Notes under the pieces: model-generated | What the model was told of the DNA's origin: nothing | The model's input: only the letters and a program-made list of their open reading frames with translations | Databases searched by the model: none | In this document: piece after piece, positions 9,623-18,173 of the stretch | How positions within the stretch are numbered: position 1 is the first letter of the stretch | Layout: each line of letters begins with the position of its first letter | Made by a program: the position numbers and the translations under genes | NCBI GenBank assembly: GCA_038204785.1 | Contig: JBBRCP010000001.1 | Location: 1,403-65,402, forward strand | Direction: 5' to 3' | DNA length: 64,000 bases | Origin: Erysipelotrichales bacterium | Lineage (GTDB): Bacteria; Bacillota_I; Bacilli_A; Erysipelotrichales; Erysipelotrichaceae

Positions 9623-9953
9623 TATTTTTACTCTTTAACAAGGACACTTCTTGAACCAAAAGACGGATCTTCTCTTTTTGACCGGATACAATAATCGTCA
9701 GTGAGATCGCCACAAACATCAAAATCATGATGATAAGCGCAAATACCATATTAGATAACACTTCAAAGCCAAGCATATTGGCGAAGTTCTCCATAAAATC
9801 AGGAATACTCGTGATTACCATTAAAATAATCACAGAGAAAATCCAAACCAATGAATAGCTGATCGAGATCATTTCTTTACGGATAAAATAGATGATCACA
9901 TACAGCGTCACGAAGCAAAAGAAGATCACCTCCAAAATTAATTCGATCGGCAT
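9612..9953 (-). CDS. DUF2304-family small membrane protein
   Basis: 113 aa with 3-4 TM helices followed by a charged C-terminal helix (KIRLLVQEVSLLK). The SD is strong (AGGAGGGGA). Confidence 0.65.
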   Translation of the reverse strand: MPIELILEVIFFCFVTLYVIIYFIRKEMISISYSLVWIFSVIILMVITSIPDFMENFANMLGFEVLSNMVFALIIMILMFVAISLTIIVSGQKEKIRLLVQEVSLLKSKNNEK

Positions 9954-9977
9954 AACTTTCCCCTCCTGACGTACATG

Positions 9978-11183
9978 CTATCTTTTATGTTTCTTTACTA
10001 ATTTTAACATTATATCTTCTAATTCAGAAATCAATTTTTCTTTATTAAAATTATCTTCATAGTATTTATGAGCATTTTGGCCCCATTTTTCAAATTTTTC
10101 TTTATTTATAGAAGCTATAAGAATGATTTTAGCCAATCCGATATAATCAAGCGAGTCACAACACAATCCACAATCTGCTTCTTCAACTGCATTTCGTACT
10201 TCCCCGTTGATCGCTCCTAAAATCGGTTTTCCTGCCAACATATAAGATTGCAGTTTTGCCGGTAATGTCTGATTGACAACATCGTTATTGACCATCGTGA
10301 TCAGAAATGCATCTGCGACGGCATAGTATTCAGGCATTTCACTGACCGGATGATTGCCATAGAACACCACATTCGTTAATTGATAAGACTGGGCGAGCGC
10401 TTCACAACTCGCCCGACTCAAGCCGTCTCCTACGATGTGGAACCGGATCATCGGGTGCTCACGCAGCAGATTCGCTGCTTCTATGATCGTCTCAACACTT
10501 TGCGCCGGACCGATGTTACCCGCAAACATTAAATCAAATGTATCATTCCGGATCGATTCAATATGTCCATAATTATCTTCTGCATAGGAAGGCCAATAAA
10601 CCAGACCTGATGTTTCTTGTGTTAATTTCAGTTCTTCTTCGAAATACGCTCGAAATGACTTCGAACTGACAGTAATTAAATCTGCCTGTTTATAGATGCT
10701 TCTGCTCAAGTGATACAATATTTTATAAAACAAACTCTCTTTCGGAATCGGACCCGTCGTTACACTGATTGGCCATTGGTCTAAACAATGTAATATAAAC
10801 GGTACTTTTTCTGTTTTTTTCACAATAATCGCCGGAACAGCCATCGTAATCGGTGAGATCTGATACACATAAACAAGATCGAAATCTTTCTTCATCATCA
10901 GTGCTTTTAAACTCGCCATGATCGTAAAACACGCATAGTTGATTCCCATCATGATTAGACTGCTTCCACGCCCGATTAAGAAACTACGTTCAATTTTAAC
11001 ACCCTGGATCACTTCATGATAGTTCTTGAACCCTCGGTATTCTTTGAATACCTGCCCTTTGGGATAATTGGGTAGGCCGGTCAACACCGTTACATCATGA
11101 CCTCTTTTAACGAGTTCAAAACAGAGATCGTTGATTCTGAATTGTTCAGGATAAAAGTGCTGACAAACGACAAGTAGTTTCAT
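9978..11183 (-). CDS. wbuB: GT4 glycosyltransferase, WbuB/CapL-like (putative L-FucNAc transferase)
   Basis: The N-terminus MKLLVVCQHFYPEQFRINDL...RGHDVTVLTGLPNYPKG matches the WbuB pattern. The start was re-assigned to the ATG at 11183 (SD GGAGA); the 33-aa extension in the ORF track is unlikely. Confidence 0.7.
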   Translation of the reverse strand: MKLLVVCQHFYPEQFRINDLCFELVKRGHDVTVLTGLPNYPKGQVFKEYRGFKNYHEVIQGVKIERSFLIGRGSSLIMMGINYACFTIMASLKALMMKKDFDLVYVYQISPITMAVPAIIVKKTEKVPFILHCLDQWPISVTTGPIPKESLFYKILYHLSRSIYKQADLITVSSKSFRAYFEEELKLTQETSGLVYWPSYAEDNYGHIESIRNDTFDLMFAGNIGPAQSVETIIEAANLLREHPMIRFHIVGDGLSRASCEALAQSYQLTNVVFYGNHPVSEMPEYYAVADAFLITMVNNDVVNQTLPAKLQSYMLAGKPILGAINGEVRNAVEEADCGLCCDSLDYIGLAKIILIASINKEKFEKWGQNAHKYYEDNFNKEKLISELEDIMLKLVKKHKR

Positions 11184-11225
11184 ACGATTCTCCGATCTTA
11201 GGCTAAGCGTGTTAAACCCACGTTT

Positions 11226-11255
11226 ATTATAACAAAATTCGATTCGCTTAGTGAA
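11226..11255 (-). promoter_or_regulatory. Putative promoter of the wbuB-to-galE transcription unit
   Basis: On the minus strand: -35 TTCACT (11250-11255), an 18-nt spacer ending in TGt, and -10 TATAAT (11226-11231). Confidence 0.45.
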
Positions 11256-11270
11256 CTTTTCGGTCCAATT

Positions 11271-11306
11271 AAAAAAGCGCAATCTGAATAAGATCAGACT
11301 GCGCTT
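11271..11306 (-). terminator. Rho-independent terminator of the RCC1-ChW gene
   Basis: The minus strand reads AAGCGCAGTCTGA-tcttat-TCAGATTGCGCTT (one mismatch) followed by TTTTTT. It starts about 15 nt after the stop. Confidence 0.8.
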
Positions 11307-11321
11307 CGGTCGTAATTAACG

Positions 11322-12240
11322 TTAGTCGGAAGCTCTGAACGGACGAGTTGTACTTCCGGGAGCTGCTGCCCCTTTCGGTACGAGGACAATTTCTATGGCT
11401 TCAAGACGATATCCGAAACCGGAAGTACCGGAACTCTCACCATTAACTGCCCAATCTAACCAACCAAAGTTCTGCGCATGGACTCTATAATAAATATCAT
11501 ACAATTCCGATACATTTCCATAAAGTAAGATGGCGATGGCTTCTAAACGTAAGCCCTGACCGGATGTTCCACTATCGGCACCATCATACATTGTCGGCAT
11601 CCACCCGATGTTTTGAACATGGGTCGCATACATGACTCCGCCGCTGGGTAAACTACTGCCTAATTTAATATTGATTGTTTCTAAACGAAGGGAACGATTG
11701 ACTGTTCCACCGATTGCGCCATCCGCTACATACCCCTGCCAACCAACGTTTTGAACGTGCGTACGGTAGGTGATCATCTGTAATCCCACATTACTCACAA
11801 ATGAACGTGTCGTTGCTCCCGGAGCCGCAGCCCCTTTCGCTACGATCACAATTTTGATTCCTTCTAAACGTAAGCCATAGCCTTCGGTTCCGGCAGCTGT
11901 GCCGTTCTTGGCCCAGTCTAACCAACCGTAATTCTGTGCATGGACTGAATAATAGATATCATACAGATCCTTATCGGCACCGCTTAACTCGATTTTGATG
12001 GCTTCAAGACGTAGCGCCCGGTTGGATGTTCCGCTCATTTCATCATTCTCGACATAACTTTGCCACCCAATGTTTTGAACATGGGTCGTATAACTGATTC
12101 CCAAACGATCGTTACCCACTACATTGATATTGATACCTTCTAAACGTAAAGCCTGATTATACGTACCGCTGGTAGCTCCGTCAGCGACGTAATTTTGCCA
12201 ACCGACATTTTGTACATGGGTACGGTAATTGACGCTAACT
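11322..12240 (-). repeat. Intragenic tandem duplication: two units of about 150 aa, each with three ChW repeats and ending in KGAAAPG(A/S)TTR(S/P)F
   Basis: Protein-level repeat VSVNYRTHVQNVGWQNY...VAKGAAAPGATTRSF versus MITYRTHVQNVGWQGY...VPKGAAAPGSTTRPF. The unit boundary lies near 11777. Confidence 0.7.
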
Positions 12241-13685
12241 ACCGGTAGATCTGTGACAGTCACAATCAGTGTATCCAAAATATTATTGGAAGTATCTTTG
12301 AGATAAACATTTGTTACTCCGACTTTTAACCCTGAAAGCAGGGCATAATAGACAGTTACTGCTCCTGATTCATACGAAGTTGGTTGACTGAGTACAGCGA
12401 TCGTCGAATCTTCGACACTCATCGTGGCTCCGATGGTAAAGCTTTCCGAGCTGATCCACGTTTCTTGACCTACACGTAGATCTAAGGTCGACGGTGCTTT
12501 TACCAACGAAACAAGGGTAGGTACAGCAACACTTGTAGTATTGTTTAAACCCAATTGTCCCGCGGAATTATCCCCGAAAGAGTACGCTTTCCCGGATGCA
12601 TCTAACGCAATAGAATGAAAATCTCCGGCTACGATCGACACCACTGACGCTAAACCTGGGATCATAGCAGGTACATCATGAGCACCGCTACGGCCCAATT
12701 GCCCGTAATTGTACATCCCAAACGAGTAGACCGTTTCTGAACTTGTCAGAATCAACGAATGATAATAATCCATATCGACGCCAACTGCATTCGTTATACC
12801 CGGAATGATCGTAGGATCATTGAGTAAACTAACAGCCACAGGTTGTCCAAGCATACCGGCATAATTCGCACCGATACCATAGGCGGTTCCATCATTCTTG
12901 ATGACGATTGTCGACCCATCACCGGCACCCACAGATCTGACATTTGTCATTGCGGTGATCACTGTCGGGATCATGATGGGTTCCGTTGTTGATGTAGATA
13001 AACCTAAATTATTAAACATGTTTTCACCGAAACCAAGTAAGGTTCCGTCGTTTAACACAACCATTGAATGATTATACGCAGCAGCACTTTTTGCATTGGT
13101 TATACCGGCAATGATCGTCGGTACATGGCGATCATTCAAATCATTTAGTCCTAGTTGACCGCTGCTATTTGAACCGAAACTAGCCATTGTTCCGTTCTCA
13201 AAGATAACAAGGGCATGTTCAACTCCGGCGATGATCGATTTGACCAAGCTAAGTCCGCTAATCAACGTCGGGACATTACGATCGGTGCTATCTCCGAGCC
13301 CCAGTTGACCAGATGTATTGTTTCCAAACGACATGACGGTTCCGTCATTTAATAAAACTAACGAATAATGGGATCCGGCAGCGATCGCTTTCGCATTGCT
13401 GATCGTCGGGATCTTGGTTGGAAATTCACGACTCACGTAGTCGCCCAAACCAAGTTGACCAAACGTATTATCACCGGTCGCATATACGTCTCCGGTTTGA
13501 TTCAAAAACAATGAAAAAGAGTCGCCGGCCGCAATCGCACTGACTTTTGTAGGATCAGATGGAATTGCATTGACTTTTAAACTCGAACCCATCGACATTA
13601 GTGGAAACATCAACATCAAGCACATAAAAAAACTGACAAAACGCTTCGGTAAACGAGTTTGCAAACTTCGATGATGAGGATTCAT
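11322..13685 (-). CDS. Secreted RCC1-repeat beta-propeller protein with an Ig-like (Big_2-type) domain and six C-terminal ChW (clostridial hydrophobic-W) repeats
   Basis: It has a signal peptide (MNPHHRSLQTRLPKRFVSFFMCLMLMFPLMSMGSSLKVNA). Seven blades carry GQLGLGD-like motifs. Six repeats have the form YxTHVQNxGWxxxxxDGxxxGTxGxxLRLExIxI. The start was set at the ATG at 13685 (SD GGGGGAG) rather than the TTG at 13715. Confidence 0.8.
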   Translation of the reverse strand: MNPHHRSLQTRLPKRFVSFFMCLMLMFPLMSMGSSLKVNAIPSDPTKVSAIAAGDSFSLFLNQTGDVYATGDNTFGQLGLGDYVSREFPTKIPTISNAKAIAAGSHYSLVLLNDGTVMSFGNNTSGQLGLGDSTDRNVPTLISGLSLVKSIIAGVEHALVIFENGTMASFGSNSSGQLGLNDLNDRHVPTIIAGITNAKSAAAYNHSMVVLNDGTLLGFGENMFNNLGLSTSTTEPIMIPTVITAMTNVRSVGAGDGSTIVIKNDGTAYGIGANYAGMLGQPVAVSLLNDPTIIPGITNAVGVDMDYYHSLILTSSETVYSFGMYNYGQLGRSGAHDVPAMIPGLASVVSIVAGDFHSIALDASGKAYSFGDNSAGQLGLNNTTSVAVPTLVSLVKAPSTLDLRVGQETWISSESFTIGATMSVEDSTIAVLSQPTSYESGAVTVYYALLSGLKVGVTNVYLKDTSNNILDTLIVTVTDLPVVSVNYRTHVQNVGWQNYVADGATSGTYNQALRLEGININVVGNDRLGISYTTHVQNIGWQSYVENDEMSGTSNRALRLEAIKIELSGADKDLYDIYYSVHAQNYGWLDWAKNGTAAGTEGYGLRLEGIKIVIVAKGAAAPGATTRSFVSNVGLQMITYRTHVQNVGWQGYVADGAIGGTVNRSLRLETINIKLGSSLPSGGVMYATHVQNIGWMPTMYDGADSGTSGQGLRLEAIAILLYGNVSELYDIYYRVHAQNFGWLDWAVNGESSGTSGFGYRLEAIEIVLVPKGAAAPGSTTRPFRASD

Positions 13686-13698
13686 ATTTTCTCCCCCA

Positions 13699-13714
13699 TG
13701 TACAAACCTGTACA
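13699..13714 (-). promoter_or_regulatory. TGTACA-N4-TGTACA element abutting the SD of the RCC1-ChW gene (6-bp 5'-UTR hairpin or operator)
   Basis: Two self-complementary hexamers are separated by 4 nt. The element ends 1 nt before GGGGGAG. Confidence 0.35.
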
Positions 13715-13726
13715 ATTGTTATCTTC

Positions 13727-13755
13727 ATTTTAACGATAGAACACAGGAAAAACAA
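13727..13755 (-). promoter_or_regulatory. Possible promoter of the RCC1-ChW gene
   Basis: On the minus strand: -35 TTGTTT (13750-13755), a 17-nt spacer and -10 TAAAAT (13727-13732). The match is weak. Confidence 0.3.
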
Positions 13756-13786
13756 GTTATTTTTCACTATTCATTCGAATATATAA

Positions 13787-13812
13787 TTTTTCGATTTTTT
13801 GCAATCGAAAAA
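13787..13812 (-). terminator. Weak AT-rich hairpin downstream of wzx (possible partial terminator)
   Basis: TTTTTCGATT / AATCGAAAAA forms a 10-bp stem with only 2 GC pairs and a 6-nt loop. Confidence 0.25.
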
Positions 13813-13904
13813 TCACTTTTCAAAAGAATAATCCAAGCCTCGATGAGCTTTTTATAAGATTAGCAACCGCACTTATTCAATAGTTTTTTTGTTACGATGA
13901 CGAT

Positions 13905-15437
13905 TCAACGAAGTTTGAGTTTTGATAAGAACTTTATAAGAAGCACTTTGATTTTCGCCTTTTCATTCGAATCCAATACGAATAAGTATCCAACCAGTAA
14001 ACCGACAACTGCCATAATGACAGAATCTGCCAGTAAAATTGACCACGAGTTAGCATGAAAGACTTGTGAAACACCATAATACACAAAGAGAAGTCCCGCC
14101 ATATAGATAAGACTTTTGACTATCGAATCGTAAAAAAACGACTTTCTCTCTCCTAGACTTATTGCTGCATAAATGGGTGCAAAGATCAGGCAGCGAAATA
14201 CTTCCAAAACGCTACTTACACCAGCAATCGCATAGAGGCCAAGTGATGTATATTTTAGTAAAACCATGACTAATAAGATATTCGAAGTCCCCGCAAAGAA
14301 AATCGCGAAGGCTGGCCACTTTAATTTATTCGTGATGGTGAAAGTATAAAACAGCGGCATGATACAAAAACTAGCAATCATTGAAACCATCGTCAATATA
14401 GCCAGCAATGTCAACTCGTAACTTGCTACCGTTGGCACCCAAAGACGGAAAAATTGCGCAGACAATACAATAAATCCAGCGATCGGTATACCTGTGATTA
14501 TCGTGGTGAATTTGAGCGTATAAAGAAGTTCGTTGATAAAATTATCGCGGTTCCCTTTAGCATACAAAATTGTCAAATATGGATTAAACGCATTTGGTAT
14601 GACATTTGTGAGTGTTTGTAATGCCATTGGAGCTGTTTTTGCTACAGCGAGAATCCCAGCAGCCTGTGCGCCTAAGAGAATATTTGCGATAACAAGATCT
14701 AAACCCGTCAATAGAATATTGCTAAGTTGTGAAAATGAATTCCATATGCCTGAGAAGAAAAGTTCTTTTACCAGTTTTATTTTGATGTTTTTGATCGTTA
14801 TTTTTAATGAAGGCATAACTCGCTTAGCTGTTATAATGTTCAAAAAATCGATGATGAAATTCATCGCAAAAATCGATAATCCAATATAATAAACTTTGGC
14901 CGGAAAAAACTTAAATAGAACGATAATTATTACAATTCTGGCCAAGGTCGCGGAAATACTGATAATACTTGTAATATCAAGACGGTTCATACTGAATGCA
15001 GCAATATAGAAGGAGTTTGTTGCAATGTTCATCACAAATGTAAAGAAGATGAGTATAAAGAGCAATCTGATATCCATAAATATTGCTGCAGGAATATTAA
15101 TGATCCGATTTAAGAAAACGATCACGAAAATAGAGATGACTGAACATAAAGTAGCAATCAAAAAGTTTGAGAAAAAAGCTGTACTATAATAATCATTTGC
15201 GCCTTCCATATCGTTATCATGAATCCGCAACGTAACGAATCGCGCTGACATCGAAGTCATCGCAATCGTGAGTATGGCAAAGTAAGATGTGAAATTACTT
15301 GATATTGGGACAAAAGAATAGGCATCTTCGCCGATATTATTGACGATATAAGGTGTAAGAAAAAAACTGACAATAAGTGTCACGAGTACTTGAAAGAAGT
15401 TAGCTCCTATATTTAATAATAACTGCTTTTTTTTCAT
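13905..15437 (-). CDS. wzx: Wzx-type oligosaccharide flippase (MOP superfamily)
   Basis: 510 aa with about 14 TM helices and a lysine-rich start MKKKQLLLNIGANFF. It occupies the typical position at the end of a Wzy-dependent locus. Confidence 0.7.
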   Translation of the reverse strand: MKKKQLLLNIGANFFQVLVTLIVSFFLTPYIVNNIGEDAYSFVPISSNFTSYFAILTIAMTSMSARFVTLRIHDNDMEGANDYYSTAFFSNFLIATLCSVISIFVIVFLNRIINIPAAIFMDIRLLFILIFFTFVMNIATNSFYIAAFSMNRLDITSIISISATLARIVIIIVLFKFFPAKVYYIGLSIFAMNFIIDFLNIITAKRVMPSLKITIKNIKIKLVKELFFSGIWNSFSQLSNILLTGLDLVIANILLGAQAAGILAVAKTAPMALQTLTNVIPNAFNPYLTILYAKGNRDNFINELLYTLKFTTIITGIPIAGFIVLSAQFFRLWVPTVASYELTLLAILTMVSMIASFCIMPLFYTFTITNKLKWPAFAIFFAGTSNILLVMVLLKYTSLGLYAIAGVSSVLEVFRCLIFAPIYAAISLGERKSFFYDSIVKSLIYMAGLLFVYYGVSQVFHANSWSILLADSVIMAVVGLLVGYLFVLDSNEKAKIKVLLIKFLSKLKLR

Positions 15438-15477
15438 TTTTCACCTCTACTACTAGTTTAATCTCCTATATAAATAA

Positions 15478-16458
15478 TTAGTTTTTGAAGATAAGTGACA
15501 TTTCATCCATGACTAATTTCTTCAATCCACCTAGATACTTTGTATAAGTACCTTTTTTGTAACTGTTAAGAAGGATACGGTTTCCTTGAAAAAAACCAGC
15601 AAACTCCAATTTTTTCATTTCTTCCCAGAATCCAATGCACTCCAATACTCTTGCTTCATTTTGCGTTTCAATGATGCGAGCAGCATTTTTTTGATAAAAG
15701 TTCATATACATATCATATTCGTTTTTTCTGAAAGAAGTTGAATTTTTAACATTTTTTACAAAACGTAAATATTGATTATATAACGATAGTTTTTTCGCTC
15801 CAAGAACATTCGACGAATGTTGGCGGTATTCGATCAGTGGCTGATCAATCGCAATGATATCTCCATAAAGGGGTGCAATAATAGCCAACCAACCGTCATG
15901 GATCCATCCATTGACTGGGAATGGTTTTGCATGATCAAATAATTCTCTTCGAAACGCCATGGTTGCCCCTGTAACGACACATTTTTTCAAAAGAATATCA
16001 TAATATCTTCTTTCATCGAAAGTTGTTGACGAGAAGTTATAAAGATCCCAAAGCAAGTACGAGAACTTTTCTCGGTTCTCATTGACAAGATAAGCGTTTG
16101 AAAAAACCATCATTGCTGTCGGATTTTCTTCAAATTTAGAAACAAATCGTTCTATTTTTTGATTTTCCCAAAAGTCATCTTGATCACACAAAAAAACGAT
16201 TTCACCAATACTCATTTCAATGCCCTTTTGGAAATTACGAACAACTCCTAAATTTTCATTATTTACAACTATTTGGAATGGAATTTGACTATCCATAAGT
16301 GTTTTTTCGATGATTTTAACTGTGAAATCTGATGATTGATCATCAACAACAATAATTTCATCGGGCTTTATTGATTGGTGAATAATACTTTCAACTTGTT
16401 CAACAATATATTTTTCACCATTGTATGAACATAGAACAATGGATGTCTTATATTTCAT
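15478..16458 (-). CDS. Family-2 glycosyltransferase (rhamnosyltransferase-like subfamily)
   Basis: Motifs are SIVLCSYNGEKYIVEQVESI, VVDDQSSD, CDQDDFW and GATMAFRR. The start is set at the ATG at 16458 (SD GAGGTGG). It is a paralogue of 20782-21501. Confidence 0.75.
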   Translation of the reverse strand: MKYKTSIVLCSYNGEKYIVEQVESIIHQSIKPDEIIVVDDQSSDFTVKIIEKTLMDSQIPFQIVVNNENLGVVRNFQKGIEMSIGEIVFLCDQDDFWENQKIERFVSKFEENPTAMMVFSNAYLVNENREKFSYLLWDLYNFSSTTFDERRYYDILLKKCVVTGATMAFRRELFDHAKPFPVNGWIHDGWLAIIAPLYGDIIAIDQPLIEYRQHSSNVLGAKKLSLYNQYLRFVKNVKNSTSFRKNEYDMYMNFYQKNAARIIETQNEARVLECIGFWEEMKKLEFAGFFQGNRILLNSYKKGTYTKYLGGLKKLVMDEMSLIFKN

Positions 16459-16526
16459 TTTCCACCTCGCAACTCTTTCTGGAAACCCAAAATAACACAA
16501 AAATATTCAGTTATTTTTGTGCTTAT

Positions 16527-17078
16527 TTATTTGATATTCAGATTAAAAGGATCATATTTCATATCCTTGTCAGATAGCATCAAAATCATATCTTCAGAGA
16601 TCGGCCACTCAACATTGAAACTTGGATCATTGTAAGCAAGACCCCCTTCAAACCCAGGATCATAGACATCGGTACATTTGTAGACAAATTCTGCTTCATC
16701 GCTCAAAACTAAAAAACCGTGTGCGCAACCTGCTGGTATATAGAATTGTTTGAAATTATCATCGGTCAATAACACACCTTCCCATTGACCATAAGTTACC
16801 GATTCCGGTCGAATGTCCATCGCTACATCAAATACCTGACCTTTGATCACACGTACTAATTTGCACTGTGGTTTACGTGTCTGAAAATGCATTCCGCGAA
16901 GAACACCTTTTACCGATTTTGACTGATTATCTTGAATAAACTGAACATCGATTCCATTCGCCGAAAAATCATCATGGTTATATGTTTCCATGAAGTATCC
17001 GCGGCTGTCACCGAAACGACGAGGCTCAATTACTTGAGCTCCATCGATCTTTGTCTTTGTAAATGTGAATTGCCCCAT
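16527..17078 (-). CDS. rfbC: dTDP-4-dehydrorhamnose 3,5-epimerase
   Basis: 183 aa with the cupin fold and conserved FGDSRGYF and RGMHFQ motifs. Confidence 0.92.
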   Translation of the reverse strand: MGQFTFTKTKIDGAQVIEPRRFGDSRGYFMETYNHDDFSANGIDVQFIQDNQSKSVKGVLRGMHFQTRKPQCKLVRVIKGQVFDVAMDIRPESVTYGQWEGVLLTDDNFKQFYIPAGCAHGFLVLSDEAEFVYKCTDVYDPGFEGGLAYNDPSFNVEWPISEDMILMLSDKDMKYDPFNLNIK

Positions 17079-17080
17079 GA

Positions 17081-18139
17081 TTATACTTTTTCGTACATAC
17101 TTTTATAATAATCCAAGTAAGCACCTGATGTGATGTTTGCCATCCATTCTTTATGTTTTAAATACCAGTCGATCGTTAAAATGATACCATCTTCAAATTT
17201 AGTTTCGGGTATCCATCCAAGTTCATCGCGAATCTTCGTTGGATCGATACCATAACGTCTGTCATGACCTTTTCGATCCTCAACATATTTGATTAAATTT
17301 TCTGACACAGTTGGATCAACGTTCTTGTTTACATAATCAATAATCGCCTTAACTATGAAAATATTCGGACGTTCATTATGCCCTCCTACGTTATAAACTT
17401 CACCTAAACGACCCTTATTGATGACCATATCGATCGCTTTACAATGATCCTCAACATACAACCAGTCACGTACATTCATGCCGTCTCCGTATACCGGAAG
17501 TGATTTATGCTGAAGTGTGTTGTTGATAATAAGTGGAATCAATTTTTCCGGAAACTGATATGGACCATAATTGTTGGAGCAACGTGTAATATTTACAGGT
17601 AGTTTAAATGTATCTGCATAAGCTTGAACAAAACAGTCAGCTGCGGTTTTACTGGCGGAATAAGGACTATGCGGATCTAACGGAGTTGTCTCCATAAAGA
17701 ATCCAGTATCGCCTAAGGATCCATAGACTTCATCCGTTGAAACTTGCATGAATTTTACACCTTCTTTATAAAGGTCATCACCGATCTTCCAGTTATCACG
17801 AGCGATGGTCAACAAATTAGCCGTACCTTTGACATTGGTTTCAACAAAAATAAGTGGATTTGAGATACTGCGATCAACATGGCTTTCCGCTGCGAAATTT
17901 ACCACATAATCAATTGAATAGTTATCGAACAATGCTTGAATAGCTTCTTTATCGCAAATATCAGCTTGAACGAAGGTATAGCGAGAATCTTTAGAGGCTT
18001 GGATTAAATTTTCTAAATTCCCTGCATACGTGAGTTTATCAACATTAATGATATGAATATCTTTATACTTGTTAAGCATATAGTATACGAAGTTGGTGCC
18101 GATAAATCCAGCTCCACCTGTGACGATATAAGTTTTCAT
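17081..18139 (-). CDS. rfbB: dTDP-glucose 4,6-dehydratase
   Basis: 352 aa with VTGGAGFIGTNF, a STDEVYG-type segment and YSASK. Confidence 0.92.
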   Translation of the reverse strand: MKTYIVTGGAGFIGTNFVYYMLNKYKDIHIINVDKLTYAGNLENLIQASKDSRYTFVQADICDKEAIQALFDNYSIDYVVNFAAESHVDRSISNPLIFVETNVKGTANLLTIARDNWKIGDDLYKEGVKFMQVSTDEVYGSLGDTGFFMETTPLDPHSPYSASKTAADCFVQAYADTFKLPVNITRCSNNYGPYQFPEKLIPLIINNTLQHKSLPVYGDGMNVRDWLYVEDHCKAIDMVINKGRLGEVYNVGGHNERPNIFIVKAIIDYVNKNVDPTVSENLIKYVEDRKGHDRRYGIDPTKIRDELGWIPETKFEDGIILTIDWYLKHKEWMANITSGAYLDYYKSMYEKV

Positions 18140-18173
18140 GGTTTTCTCCTTTAAATCGATCTTGATTTAACTT

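Noticed and set aside
11184-11282. N-terminal extensions proposed by the ORF track (wbuB here; also the RCC1-ChW gene, GT2s, wzy, yvcK, the GH36 gene, M23, ftsE, yitT, ppx, the antiporter and MMPL)
   Set aside because: The extensions begin at TTG, GTG or weak ATG codons without an SD. They add non-conserved residues and sometimes overlap upstream genes or terminators. Downstream ATG or GTG codons with good SDs give canonical N-termini.
13787-13812. Relationship between the TTTCGA...TCGAAA hairpin here and the TTTCGA-N6-TCGAAA palindromes at 53423-53522
   Set aside because: The spacing differs (10 nt versus 6 nt) and the shared half-site is only 6 nt in an AT-rich context. This is most likely coincidence.
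15427-15437. A8 homopolymer immediately after the wzx start codon (ATGAAAAAAAAG) as a phase-variation switch
   Set aside because: Eight A residues encoding Lys-Lys-Lys is common at N-termini in AT-rich genomes. The run is short for efficient slipped-strand mispairing. There is no supporting evidence from this single sequence.
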